Shown here one piece after another: positions 1-10,135 of a DNA stretch of 20,289 bases; the first letter of the stretch is position 1, and every line of letters starts with the position of its first letter. Position numbers and translations under genes: made by a program. Source of the stretch: Zygophlyctis sp. KS116 (taxonomy: Eukaryota > Fungi > Chytridiomycota); NCBI GenBank assembly GCA_054661495.1, contig BAAFSQ010000181.1, positions 1 to 20,289 on the forward strand, written 5' to 3'. The notes under the pieces are model-generated. The model was not told the origin of the DNA and ran no database searches. It saw nothing but the letters and a program-made list of their open reading frames with translations.

Positions 1-196
1 CAATTTAATTACTAAAAGGTGAGATGGACTCTGACAGTAAGTAGATATATAAAGAATAAATATAATCGTACCATTGCCAACTTGAATTTAGTCTTATTTG
101 AGACCTTTAGAAGATCATATCAAATGTCTAGAATTGCAGATCATCATACTTAGATGTATGTCCATGGATCTATAAGTGGCGTTTGAAAGTTTTAAA

Positions 197-1280
197 ATGG
201 TTGATGAGGCTGATGCATCGCACCTGTTTGCAATGAATCCATCTGATGATACAAAGCATCTTCTTATGAATGCATTCGATATCCATACTGATAAATTACC
301 TCTCCAAGCCTGCAAGTCTCAATGGAAAAAAGAAAATATATTTGGATTTCTCATGGGAGTAGTTGAATATGGAGATGAGACTCATGTGAATGAATTGTAT
401 GGAATGCTTCAATCCATCCCTCAAGTGGAATCAGCAAAAGATACTTATCTGGAAGACATGCAGGGAAGATGCATTGACCGATTCTATGATTACTATATAA
501 GACCATTTAAGAAACAGAATAAGAGAAGACAATTTACTGATTCAGATTTGGAGTCATCTAGATCTGTAAGTACTCATAAATCAAGAGATTCATCTCAACT
601 GGCCAGTGAATCATCAGTAAGTACTCTGGGACAGTTTTATCAAAATAAAAAGATTAAGCTCATCCCTCAACCAAGTCGAAAGCAGTTCAAAAAAGCTCTA
701 ATAGAAAGAGATAAAGTCTGTTTAGTCTGTTGGTTGGAAGATTTTGATATTATACAAACAGCGCACATTATTCCCCAAGGCTCGGATTTTATTATTTCTG
801 AATATGTAAAAAAGCTGATGAAAGATGCTGGAATTCATAGTATGAATCAGGTTCAGAATGGTCTTCTTCTTTGTCCGAATTGCTATTCGAGCTTTGATAA
901 ATTAAATCATTATATTGATTATGTGGATATGAAGTTGGTTGTAAAAGTAGTCAATTATTCAAACGATCCATCAAACTGGGAAATGAGAATGAATTGTTTG
1001 AAAGCTAAAAGGGATATCAACAAAAAATATTTGACTGATAACAGAATAGCAGTTGAAAATAATGGAGAAATGGCACTATATTTCAATATAAACAACCAAG
1101 AACTACAGCCAAGCATAATAGCATTGGAAATGCACAAGAGAGCATGCTTGATTTGGCGAAGGCTATGAATCCGATGATGAAGAAAATGATGAAGATGAAT
1201 CTGATCCTGTTTTTCAGAAAAAAGAAATGATAATTAAATGGATTGCATCTGTTGATAAGCTCTCCCGTAGATTTAAATAG
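197..1280 (+). pseudogene. HNH-endonuclease-domain protein (fungal HNH_2-like), probably disrupted
   Basis: Motifs RDKVCLVC...QTAHIIP...NQVQNGLLLCPNCYSSFD match the HNH signature, but the expected His (CPNCH) is Tyr. The likely start is aaaATG at 197. The frame stops at 1168, while an acidic tail GYESDDEENDEDESDPVFQKKEMIIKWI...FK* continues in the +1 frame (1161-1280) with no GT-AG intron to join it. Confidence 0.7.
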
Positions 1281-1450
1281 CACTTATTAATCGTGTTCTT
1301 GATCATCAGACACGGTAGCTCATAAAATTAAAATTACCAGATATACTACATTTATGATTATTGAAAGTTTTAACTAAAATGTTGATTAGTGATTTTAGGA
1401 GTCGGTGCTTTAAGAATCTCTTAATCAACTTGGGCTTTTAGTGTTCAATC

Positions 1451-1490
1451 TTGTCCATCTGTGGTCCATTATTGTCCATATGTTGTCCAC
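1451..1490. repeat. Four phased copies of T(T/G)GTCCA(T/C)
   Basis: GTCCA cores at 1453, 1464, 1474 and 1485 (spacing 11/10/11), just upstream of the ATG at 1501. Confidence 0.75.
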
Positions 1491-1500
1491 TTAAGATCGA

Positions 1501-2003
1501 ATGAGTCTAGTTGTTGACCCCATAAAGTGGCCCAGGAATTTTTTGAAAAATAAAATGTAGTAACTTGATTTAACCGTATAGATTGAAAAAAATTGATTCA
1601 ATGAATAATACTTTGAATTCATCCGTTTTAAGTTTGAAGCAAGAAGTTGCCAAGCTGAATGATTTTAATGCTCAGCAATCAAAGAATCAGAAGTTAGAGT
1701 GGGCAATCTCTAATGCTGCAATTAACTGTTTTACATTTTATAAGAAAAGGATTAGACAGTACCAAATTGGTTCAATCTATATTGCATTCTTTCAAAAGGG
1801 GGGGTTTAGCACATCGCATTCCTGATCGGAATGTGCATCTTTTTCAGAAACAAGATTTTCGTGATAAGATCGCCAAACAAATCTTTGAACTAATTTGACA
1901 AGAGCCTCAATATCGTGATAAGATCGCCAAACAAATCTTTGAACTAATCGGACAAGAGCCTCAATACTTGATGACGAAGTTACAATTTATTATAATTAGC
2001 TGA
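1501..2003 (+). pseudogene. Disrupted gene of unknown function (coiled-coil N-terminus)
   Basis: ATG 1501 plus a putative 25-nt intron (1557-1581) joins in frame to ORF 1583. There is an apparent frameshift near 1745-1750 into ORF 1713-1898 (GLDSTKLVQSILHSFK...), then a TGA inside the first copy of a 54-bp duplication. Confidence 0.5.
1859..1966 (+). repeat. 54-bp tandem duplication (2 copies, 2 mismatches)
   Basis: TCGTGATAAGATCGCCAAACAAATCTTTGAACTAAT(TT/CG)GACAAGAGCCTCAATA at 1859-1912 and 1913-1966. Confidence 0.95.
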
Positions 2004-2046
2004 ATTAAAATAAATAATTGTGGGATCAACGATCAAGACCATAATG

Positions 2047-2170
2047 CTGCCGCATTCCCGCTCTTTAGATAGTATGCTGCAACTCAAAAGTCGGACAAGA
2101 CTGAATGACCTGGATAAAACGGCGCAGTTTCAAACTTATGCCGCATTGCCGCATTTTCTCGCCTATAAAA
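2047..2170 (+). promoter_or_regulatory. Putative promoter of the secreted-protein gene: repeated TGCCGCATT and a TATA box
   Basis: TGCCGCATT occurs near 2048 and twice overlapping at ~2139-2155. TATAAAA lies at 2164-2170, about 50 nt before ATG 2216. Confidence 0.4.
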
Positions 2171-2215
2171 GGGGGTGAAGCTCTTTCTAATCAAAATATA
2201 TTTTCCAAAAACAAA

Positions 2216-2638
2216 ATGGCAATCTTTTCTTTCAAAAACACTCTCTTAATTATGGCATTAGCTCTCTCTGCATTGATCACCAATGTAGATGCACAGGCCA
2301 ACTGCAATACTGCAGCTGATAAGCAATGCTGTTGGGTTCGCAAAATTCACACAGGATTTGGAGGATATTCGCAAGCGATTCCAGTCACTGGTTGCTGCAA
2401 CAAAAAAGGTGTTGCTTGTAATGGCAACGGTAAAGTAACCGAGATTAACTGGATCGGCCAAAGTCTCCAACCCGACATGTTTCCTTTAGAGCAAGTCCGT
2501 CACTTGCCTTCCTTGACCAAAATGTAAGATTACTAGAAAATAACCGAAAGAAAAGTCTATCCTACACAAACTTCGGGAGAAGCATGTGTCGGCTATCCCG
2601 TCGGTGGAAGAATTGTGAACTGGTGTGTCTTCCAGTGA
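2216..2638 (+). CDS. Small secreted Cys-rich protein (131 aa, 8 Cys) resembling an LRR N-terminal cap
   Basis: Signal peptide MAIFSFKNTLLIMALALSALITNVDA; CCWV...GCCNKKGVACNGNGKVTEINW. A 27-nt intron (2524-2550) gives the C-terminus IKVYPTQTSGEACVGYPVGGRIVNWCVFQ*. Confidence 0.8.
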
Positions 2639-2791
2639 GTGATTAACGAATTGAAATCTAAAAAATTCATAGAAAACGTTAAAAGGACTGAAGCGAAATC
2701 TTTTATTCTGTGAAATAAAATGATTTTGACTACAATACTTTCTAATTTTTGATCATTGACATTTGAAAATGAGTTTGGGTATTATGTCTAG

Positions 2792-3163
2792 AATGAGCTA
2801 AAAGTCTCGGGTCTAAAGCGGCAGTTTCATTCAATAGAAAGTGTTATCCACATTCAGAAATTCCTTCGCTGGGAGCCTCAATTTATCTCAAACACTGGCT
2901 GCTGTCATAAAAATGGAGTTTCTTGCAATGGTAATGGTAAACTTACGGCAATATCTTGGAATCGTAACAGATTGAGCAATGCCGACTCTTTTCCTTCGAT
3001 TCATGCAATTGAGAATTTGCCATATCTTAAAAAATGTAATTTTTATATTTGAATTAATTTTAAGCGCAATATATTCTCAAAAACCATGTGCATAGGATTA
3101 TTCTCGGCCGGTGGGAATAGATCAGTCAGTGTTTGCTTACAAAGTACTGAAGTAAATCTATAA
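2792..3163 (+). pseudogene. Degraded tandem paralog of the 2216-2638 secreted protein
   Basis: NTGCCHKNGVSCNGNGKLTAISW...FP...IENLPYLKK aligns to the upstream gene, with an intron-like segment (3036-3064) at the equivalent position. The homologous tail MCIGLFSAGGNRSVSVCLQ is out of frame after splicing, and no signal peptide or ATG was found. Confidence 0.7.
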
Positions 3164-3314
3164 TCAAGATCGTGGATTCGTTCAAGCTTATGACTATCGG
3201 ACATTTACATGTCTAATAAGAATTGATAACACATTGTATTATTATTAAATTATCAAATATTAAAAACCGTTAAAATCCGTTAATAATCGGACTCTTTGAA
3301 ATTAAAAAGGAAAA

Positions 3315-4701
3315 ATGGGGATTTCAGGCCTCCTTCCACTCTTATCAGATATACACACAAATATACACTTGAGAGAGTTGTCTGGAAAGACATTGGGAGT
3401 AGATGGATACGTATGGCTACACAAGGGTGCATTTGGTTGCGCTTTTGAACTTGTACAAGGGGTAAATACTAAAAAATACGTAAATTACTTTATGAAACGG
3501 ATCATGCATCTTAAAGAATTTGGGATTGTTCCCTTTATTGTATTTGATGGCGCTAATTTACCGATGAAGAGTTGTACAGAAAAACAACGGCATGAGTAAA
3601 CATTAAACTTTTAAAATATAGAAAAAGGGAAAGGACACTTCAAGAGGGTCAGAGGCTCTTGAAATCTGGTCAGAAAACTAAAGCTATAGAATGTTTCCAG
3701 ACTTGTGTGGACGTTACTCCTAAAATGGCTAGAGATGTAATACTAGAATTACAAAAGATTGGAGTTGAATTTGTTGTGGCACCTTATGAGGCAGATGCAC
3801 AATTGGCGTATTTAGAAAGAATTGAAAAAATTGATGGGATTATTACAGAGGACTCTGATTTACTAGTTTTTGGGTGTAAATATGTACTATTTTTAAGCTA
3901 ATCGATAAAGGTGATTTACAAGTTAGGATTAGATGGTAAAGGGACACTAATCAGACGTAAAGACTTTGGAAAAATTAAGGAATTTAGAAACTGGACAGAT
4001 TCTAAATTTCGTCATATGTGTATCTTGAGTGGTTGTGATTATTTGGAATCACCAAAAGGAATAGGATTAAAGAAGTCTATGCAGCTATTAATGAAAACAG
4101 ATGCATTCAAACTAATTAATTCTTGGGTTATGTGGGGTAAAAACGTTCGAGCTCCTCCACTTGTTGATAATTATCTGGAGAAATTTAAAAAAGCAGAATG
4201 GACATTTCTTCATCAAACTGTTTATGATCCCATTATAAAGAAATGCATTCACTGGAATCCAGTTAAAGACTCAAACCTCTTGGATTTGGATAATCTAGAT
4301 TTTTTAGGAAGGTATACATTCATATCTCAAGTTTAAGAATTTTAGAGCCTGATGTAGCTTCTGGAATTGCTGCTGGAATACTGGATCCCAACACTGAAAG
4401 ATGTTTCGATCAAGAGAATGTTATTCACGGTCTCATCAAGCCTTGTTTGTTACAAACAAGTCAACTTAGCACTAAATCTCATAATTTTCTCCCGAAAAAA
4501 GATGAACAGGTTAAACAGCGTCCCTTTCAATCAATTCATTCAAAATCTATTATGCCAAAAAATGAAGCTTTTAAGGCAGCAATTACAGACAATCAAAAGT
4601 TTATAGTTAAGAAGACTTTGCCATCCAAGTCAAACTATTTTTCCTGTAAAAAACCAACAGATCAAGAAGGTCCGATAACGAAAAAGAAGAAAACGTCGTA
4701 A
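3315..4701 (+). CDS. EXO1: Exonuclease 1 (XPG/FEN1 family), ~435 aa
   Basis: MGISGLLPLL, GVDGYVWLHKG, VAPYEADAQLAYL, ITEDSDLLVFG, CILSGCDYL. Introns 3596-3621 (26 nt), 3884-3910 (27 nt) and 4312-4337 (26 nt) restore one frame. Confidence 0.95.
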
Positions 4702-4826
4702 AATTTACGCTTTCGGACAGCCAATGAATGCATAATCAGCACTATTCTCATCATTCTGTCATAAATTTTTCACATGATTCATGATATTTTTAGATTTACG
4801 GATAATAATTTCTTCAAACTTTTGCT

Positions 4827-4863
4827 CTAAATATAGCCTGTTAAATTTAGGTTCTAAATATAG
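4827..4863. promoter_or_regulatory. Cluster of three MEF2/Rlm1-type YTA(W)4TAR boxes
   Basis: CTAAATATAG 4827-4836, TTAAATTTAG 4841-4850 and CTAAATATAG 4854-4863, immediately upstream of ATG 4886. Confidence 0.45.
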
Positions 4864-4885
4864 CATTTTCCTCTTGTGATAAATT

Positions 4886-7392
4886 ATGCAAACAGAATCC
4901 ATACATCCCCCTCCAACCTCCTTTGTGATCGAAGTCGATCAGTTAAAGACTAAATCTAAAAAGCCCAGTCATTTGGAATCAAGAATGCAAGCTTTGAATA
5001 AAAAACACTACTCTCTGGACCATCATAGAGTTGTGCATCAAACTAAAGCTCATAAAAGAGCAGAGTTTTTGGAAACAAGAAGACAAGCCTGTGCTGATCG
5101 GATTGCCAAGGTGAGAATGATTGCTCAAAATCATTCAAAGAAGCTGGAAGACCAGCGAAAAGCCTTGAAAGAGATCAATGATCAAAAGCTGATTGATGGT
5201 GAAAAGAGAAGGCTGAAAATGATGAATGTCCCAAGATCAAACATTCTGGCCAGTAAACAAATTCATCCCAATTCTGTAGCTGCAGTTGTTATTCAGAAAT
5301 GGTGGAGAGTTCTAAAGGTAGGAAAAGTATCTCGTCTATACAAGAAGATGGGCCTGTCATTAGAATCTTCAAAGGGTATGCCATTTGAAAATCTATCTAA
5401 ATTTCTGCAATCAGAAGCAATGACTAAAGCTGTGGGTAGAATGCTAGTTAGGGCCAAGCGGTTATCATTGGATCCGGTTGAGAATTGGCGAAATCCTTCT
5501 CGAGTTTTTTTAAGTGCTTACATGGTAGTATCTCATCCTGAGGCTGTTTTTGAACAAATGGGTCCAAATGAAGAAAATCTTCAAGAATGTGCCTTTCAAA
5601 TGCTCATTGACTTCGAGTCTTGGATGGAGAATCAAAGCTCTAAAGTTTTGATCCGTGGTCGCAAGTTCTTATCATCATGGATCAACTACTACAATACTTT
5701 TGAAGACTGGAAATCTGGAAACAGAGAACAATTGGCTCTAGATCTAATGAAGCACTTTATGGAACTTGAAAAACTTTGGATAGCAGTAAGAAATCAAGAA
5801 GATGCCGAGCATGAATGGATGGGCAATATAAATCTCCAACAGAAGCAAGTTTTTTCCCGATTGAATCGCCTTGATCCAAAATATAGTAATGTTTTATTGG
5901 AAAAAAGAAAAGAAGCCCGAGATGCATTTTTGGCTACTGAAGCAGAATCAGACTCTCGAGTTAAGCCAGTTACTTTAACCAATACATCGGTAGATGTGTA
6001 TCTTGTTGCAAGCATTTCAAGACGTGATTCTGTTAGTAAATCAGTCAAAGATTCTCAAGATGGTCAAAGTAGCATAGAGATTGAATCTCAGCTGAGCAAG
6101 GAAGCAGAAGGCCTTAATTCGATTTGGAGCAACCAAAAACTAGCCCATGAATTGGTTATAGATCCTGACTTCAAAATGAAAAGATCAGATGTCACTTCGA
6201 TGGAAGGACAGGTAGCATCTGTAGCAAAAAAAGTTTTCTTTGAAAAAGTGAAAACAGAGTTTGAATCTGGAAACTTTACATTTGCAGCTGGTCTTATTTC
6301 TGACATTCGAGAGGTATATAATTTTATTTAACACCTTAGATGTTGATAAACTTATTGCCAGAAAAGAGTAAATTGATTATTGAACTTCAAGAAGCCTTGG
6401 ACACACATCTTATTGAGCAGCAAATTGAAAAGAAAGTATTCGATGTGAAAGGATGTCTCGATTATGTAACGTCTAAAATGCTCCAATTCTGTGCCCCAGT
6501 TAGAGACTCTGCTATCAAAGCCATAAAGAAAGAAACTGATCTTGTTTTGATCTTTGAACAAATTTTTAATGTTCTCGAAGATATGAAAGTTGATATGATG
6601 AATTATCAACTTCAAAGTATCAAACCTCTTGTTAAACAACAGGCTGTTGAATATGAACAAAAGAAATTCAACGAATCTCTTGAAAATAATGAAATTACTC
6701 TTGAAAAAACTGGTGCTTGGTTACAAAAATATGCTGAACTATTGAAAGAGTCGTCATTTTCTCGGAATCCTGAAAACATTGAACATCCTGATCTAAAAGT
6801 ATCTTATGAAAAGGTCTATTATGATGGGATTTTGGGGCTACTTTTTTCTTCTTCAAGATTAGAGATTTCTGAAATTCCTGAAACTTTCCATTTGGACATT
6901 GAAAGACTTTTATTTATGCAAAATGAAGCTCAAGCCTTGTGCATAGTTGCTGCATTGATTATGCTTTTGAAAAATATTGTCCCTTCTCTTAGATCAAACT
7001 CAAAAATGTTGGTTGAAATTAAAAATGATTTACTTACTCTATTGGAAGCTCCAGACACAAACTTTGAAAACATTGCACTTCATTTGATTGAAAAAGGCAA
7101 AAAAGCAGCTGGCACAATTTCTCCAGAACAAGAGTCTTTGGTTCGCAACATGGTTGAAAAAACAGTTTCCTTCAACGATGGAGTATTTTCCTTGATTTCT
7201 CGTAGAATGCAAACAATTATTCGTCATCAAATGGAAAAAACTGCTTTCAAAAAGGAATCATTGGCTAGCTATGGACTTGACAGTATTGAATCTGAGCTTG
7301 AAAATTTATCTCGTCGTATTTATCTCTTGGCAAATCACAACAAGCAAGTCTATGTCAATCATTATGATGATATTTTAAAATTACTTATTTAG
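4886..7392 (+). CDS. T-complex protein 11 (TCP11/SOK1) family protein, ~826 aa, with an IQ-like motif
   Basis: RVFLSAYMVVSHPEAVF, QKLAHELVIDPDF, MLQFCAPVRD, IPETFHLDIERL; IQ-like AAVVIQKWWR. One intron, 6314-6339 (26 nt). Confidence 0.88.
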
Positions 7393-7519
7393 TTTATTCT
7401 CTTAAATAAATCTTGCATTTTTCATTCATTTGGCATTATGTTATACGATTGGTTTGGGTTATGCAAAGAATTATAGTACAAATTGCACGGCGATCTAACC
7501 CAAACATCCGTCCCACCGT

Positions 7520-8407
7520 ATGAATTTACTTAGTTCGTCAACAACGTCAATTCTTGTCGGTTTCCTCTCCTACAAAATCTACAGACTTTTTAACAAACAT
7601 GCAATCAAGGAAAAAGTAGTCATAATAGGTGCTTCATCTGGAATTGTACTTTTGAATAACTCATAATAGGGTAAAGAATTGGCACTTTTGTATGCGAAAA
7701 GAGGATCAGAGTTGGTACTAGTAGCAAGACGAAAAGAATTGCTTGAAAAATTGGTTCAGGAATGTTTGGTATATACGTCAAAAATATCATTTTATGTAGC
7801 GGATGTGACTATTGAGTCTCAAATTTCAGATCTATCTAAATTTTGTAGAGAATTTCTAGGAAAAGTTGATTTATTAATTATTTCTAGTGGTATTCTCTCA
7901 GTTTCTACTTTTGAAAAACTATGTGCTGATGACTCTCTACGTCAACAATCCCTAAAAATGTATGAAACCAATGTTTTAGGACCAATGTTTTGTTGCAAAC
8001 ATTTTCTAGAATTATTAAAAGTTTGTAAAGGAAAACTTTGCGTAATTTCTTCATTGTCTGGACATTTTGGAGCTCCAACGAGATCACTTTACTCTTGTAC
8101 GAAATTTGCACTAAATGGATTCATGGAATCTTTAAGAATTGAATGGAAACCTTTTGGAATTTCTATAATTCTTATTTCTCCTTCTACTGTTGATACTGAA
8201 TTTAGAAAATCTGCTATTGATTCTACAGACTCTAAAAAATCTAAATCTAGTCTATCTCCTAGGGAAGTTGCGTTAAAGATATCTAGAGCTAATGATTCTA
8301 GAGTCCGACATTTGTTTATACCATCTTACTTTTGGATAATTTATATTTTAAAGAATTTCCTACCATCAATTATAGATTATTATGCAGGTAGAAAATATGG
8401 GTTTTAA
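7520..8407 (+). CDS. Short-chain dehydrogenase/reductase (DHRS7-like), ~287 aa, with an N-terminal hydrophobic anchor
   Basis: The Rossmann motif VVIIGASSGI|GKEL is split by a 24-nt intron (7646-7669). Catalytic YSCTK is present; start MNLLSSSTTSILVGFLSYKIY at 7520. Confidence 0.9.
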
Positions 8408-8455
8408 GAAAATTCCGAAGAGGAAATTTAAAAAACTAATTTACTAAAATACTAC

Positions 8456-8800
8456 ATGACAAAATCTCTAAAATGCACTTGTATTTCATGTTTATCAGGT
8501 AAAAAATATATGACAGATTCTAGCCTTGATTCTAGCATCTTTTTACATTCTAAAATAATTGCATCAAGAATTCCAATCTCAACCTTGAAATCAAACACTC
8601 TCAAAGTCAGGACTGAAAGAAATCAAGAGAAATCAACTCAAAGAGATAAAAACCAAAAAAAATTTATTCACAAAATTTTCTCAATTTTTAGAAACCATTA
8701 TCCTAAATTGGCACTTTTAGCCCTAGTCCTGATTTTCAGAAACACGAAAATTTTCAAAAGCTTAAAATTTTTTCTCGTCAAAAGAGTGAAAAATGAATAA
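8456..8800 (+). CDS. Hypothetical basic 114-aa protein with a hydrophobic segment near the C-terminus
   Basis: 345-nt open frame in very AT-rich DNA; CTCISC near the N-terminus and LALLALVLIF flanked by basic residues. It overlaps the MAEA start by 8 nt. No family recognised. Confidence 0.4.
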   Translation: MTKSLKCTCISCLSGKKYMTDSSLDSSIFLHSKIIASRIPISTLKSNTLKVRTERNQEKSTQRDKNQKKFIHKIFSIFRNHYPKLALLALVLIFRNTKIFKSLKFFLVKRVKNE

Positions 8801-9976
8801 TAAATTGCCTCTTGAAGGACTGGTGTCTCTTGAAGCTCCTTTTATAAAAGTTCCACTAGAACAGTTTAAAAAATCTGCAAAAGTTTCATTAAAATTGTTG
8901 GAAAAAGATTTGAATTCTGTTTTAAATTTAACTGAAAATTCAAGTCTAGACTCTAAACAAGTTTTAAAATCTAGGATAACCTCACTCAAAAGAAAACTTT
9001 TAGAGTCTAAAAAGGAAGAAGAAGTCTATTCAACGCGAACTAAAATTCGTCTAAGTGAATTATCAAAATTGGGAAATATTGATTCTCTAAATTCTGAAGA
9101 GTATGAAAGATGGTCTAGACAAAGATTAAATAGGATTCTAGTAGACTATCTCCTGAGACAAAATTATACTAGTACAGGTGAAAAATTAGCAATGGATCTT
9201 GGAATTCAGGAATTTGTGGATTTAGAGCTATTTAGATCTAGTACTAAAATTCAAAATTCTATTAAAGGACATTCAGTACAAGATGCACTAGGATGGTGTA
9301 AAGAGAATTCTTCAAGTTTGAAAAAGAACAAGAGTTCTCTTGAATTTAATCTAAGGTTTCAAGAGTTTATAGAATTAGCGAGAGAAAGAAGAGTTTCAGA
9401 TGCTATAAATTATACAAAAAAATATTTAATTTTATGGTCTGATTCTCATTTAAAGGAAATTCAACAAGGAATGGCTCTATTAGCATTTACACCAGAAACA
9501 AGTGTTGGAATTTACAAGGTTTTTTTCAATTTCTTTAAATAATTTAGATGCTCTATGATAACTCTAGATGGGACAAATTGATTCAAGAATTTCAAAAGAA
9601 TCATTATGAAATATTTAATTTAACTCTAGAGTCACTTTTAGTCATGACTCTTCAAGTTGGTCTATCAGCATTAAAGACTCCTGCGTGTTATCAAGAAGAA
9701 AACAAAAACATTAATTGCCCTACTTGTTCTAAAGATACATTTGGAGCATTAGCAGAAAAACTACCTAATGCACATCATGTTACTTCTTGTCTAGTTTGTA
9801 GAATTTCTGGGGATTTAATGAATGAAGATAATCTCCCTCTTGCCCTACCTAATGGATATGTATATTCATCTAAAGCCTTGAATGACATGTCTACCAAGAA
9901 TGGAGGAACAATAGTATGTCCAAGAACTGGAGATATATTTACGATTTCACAGTGTAAAAAGGCATTTATTTCCTAA
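8793..9976 (+). CDS. FYV10: GID/CTLH E3 ligase subunit MAEA/Fyv10 (Gid9), ~384 aa
   Basis: LEAPFIKVPLE, LisH RLNRILVDYLLR, CTLH SLEFNLRFQEFIEL, GLSALKTPAC, degenerate RING LPNGYVYS...CPRTG. One intron, 9519-9547 (29 nt). Confidence 0.92.
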
Positions 9977-10135
9977 ACCCCTTTATTTTACTGCTAATAC
10001 AAGATTATACTACCATGAGATTAAGAGAAATATTAAAATTTGTAAAAGTCTAGAGTCTACACTGACATTACAGCAGAATAGCATACAGAACAGATTAGGG
10101 GCTGTAGTGCAGGGTGAGGTTACAAAAAGAAAAAA

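Noticed and set aside
158-176. In-frame TAA after MSMDL as a RIP-like CAA-to-TAA lesion
   Set aside because: ATG 197 has the aaaATG context used by other genes here, so the TAA may simply be upstream of the start. One or two C-to-T candidates cannot establish RIP.
1859-1966. CRISPR-like array
   Set aside because: Two directly adjacent copies with no spacers and no cas genes, in a eukaryotic context.
2105-2215. N-terminal extension of the ORF-track 140-aa protein
   Set aside because: The signal peptide begins at ATG 2216 and a TATA-like box lies at 2164, so the extension is probably promoter/UTR.
10060-10110. SRP RNA 5' end (GCTGTARTG resembles the fungal Alu-domain start)
   Set aside because: There is no room for a ~300-nt SRP RNA and no helix-8 motif was seen.
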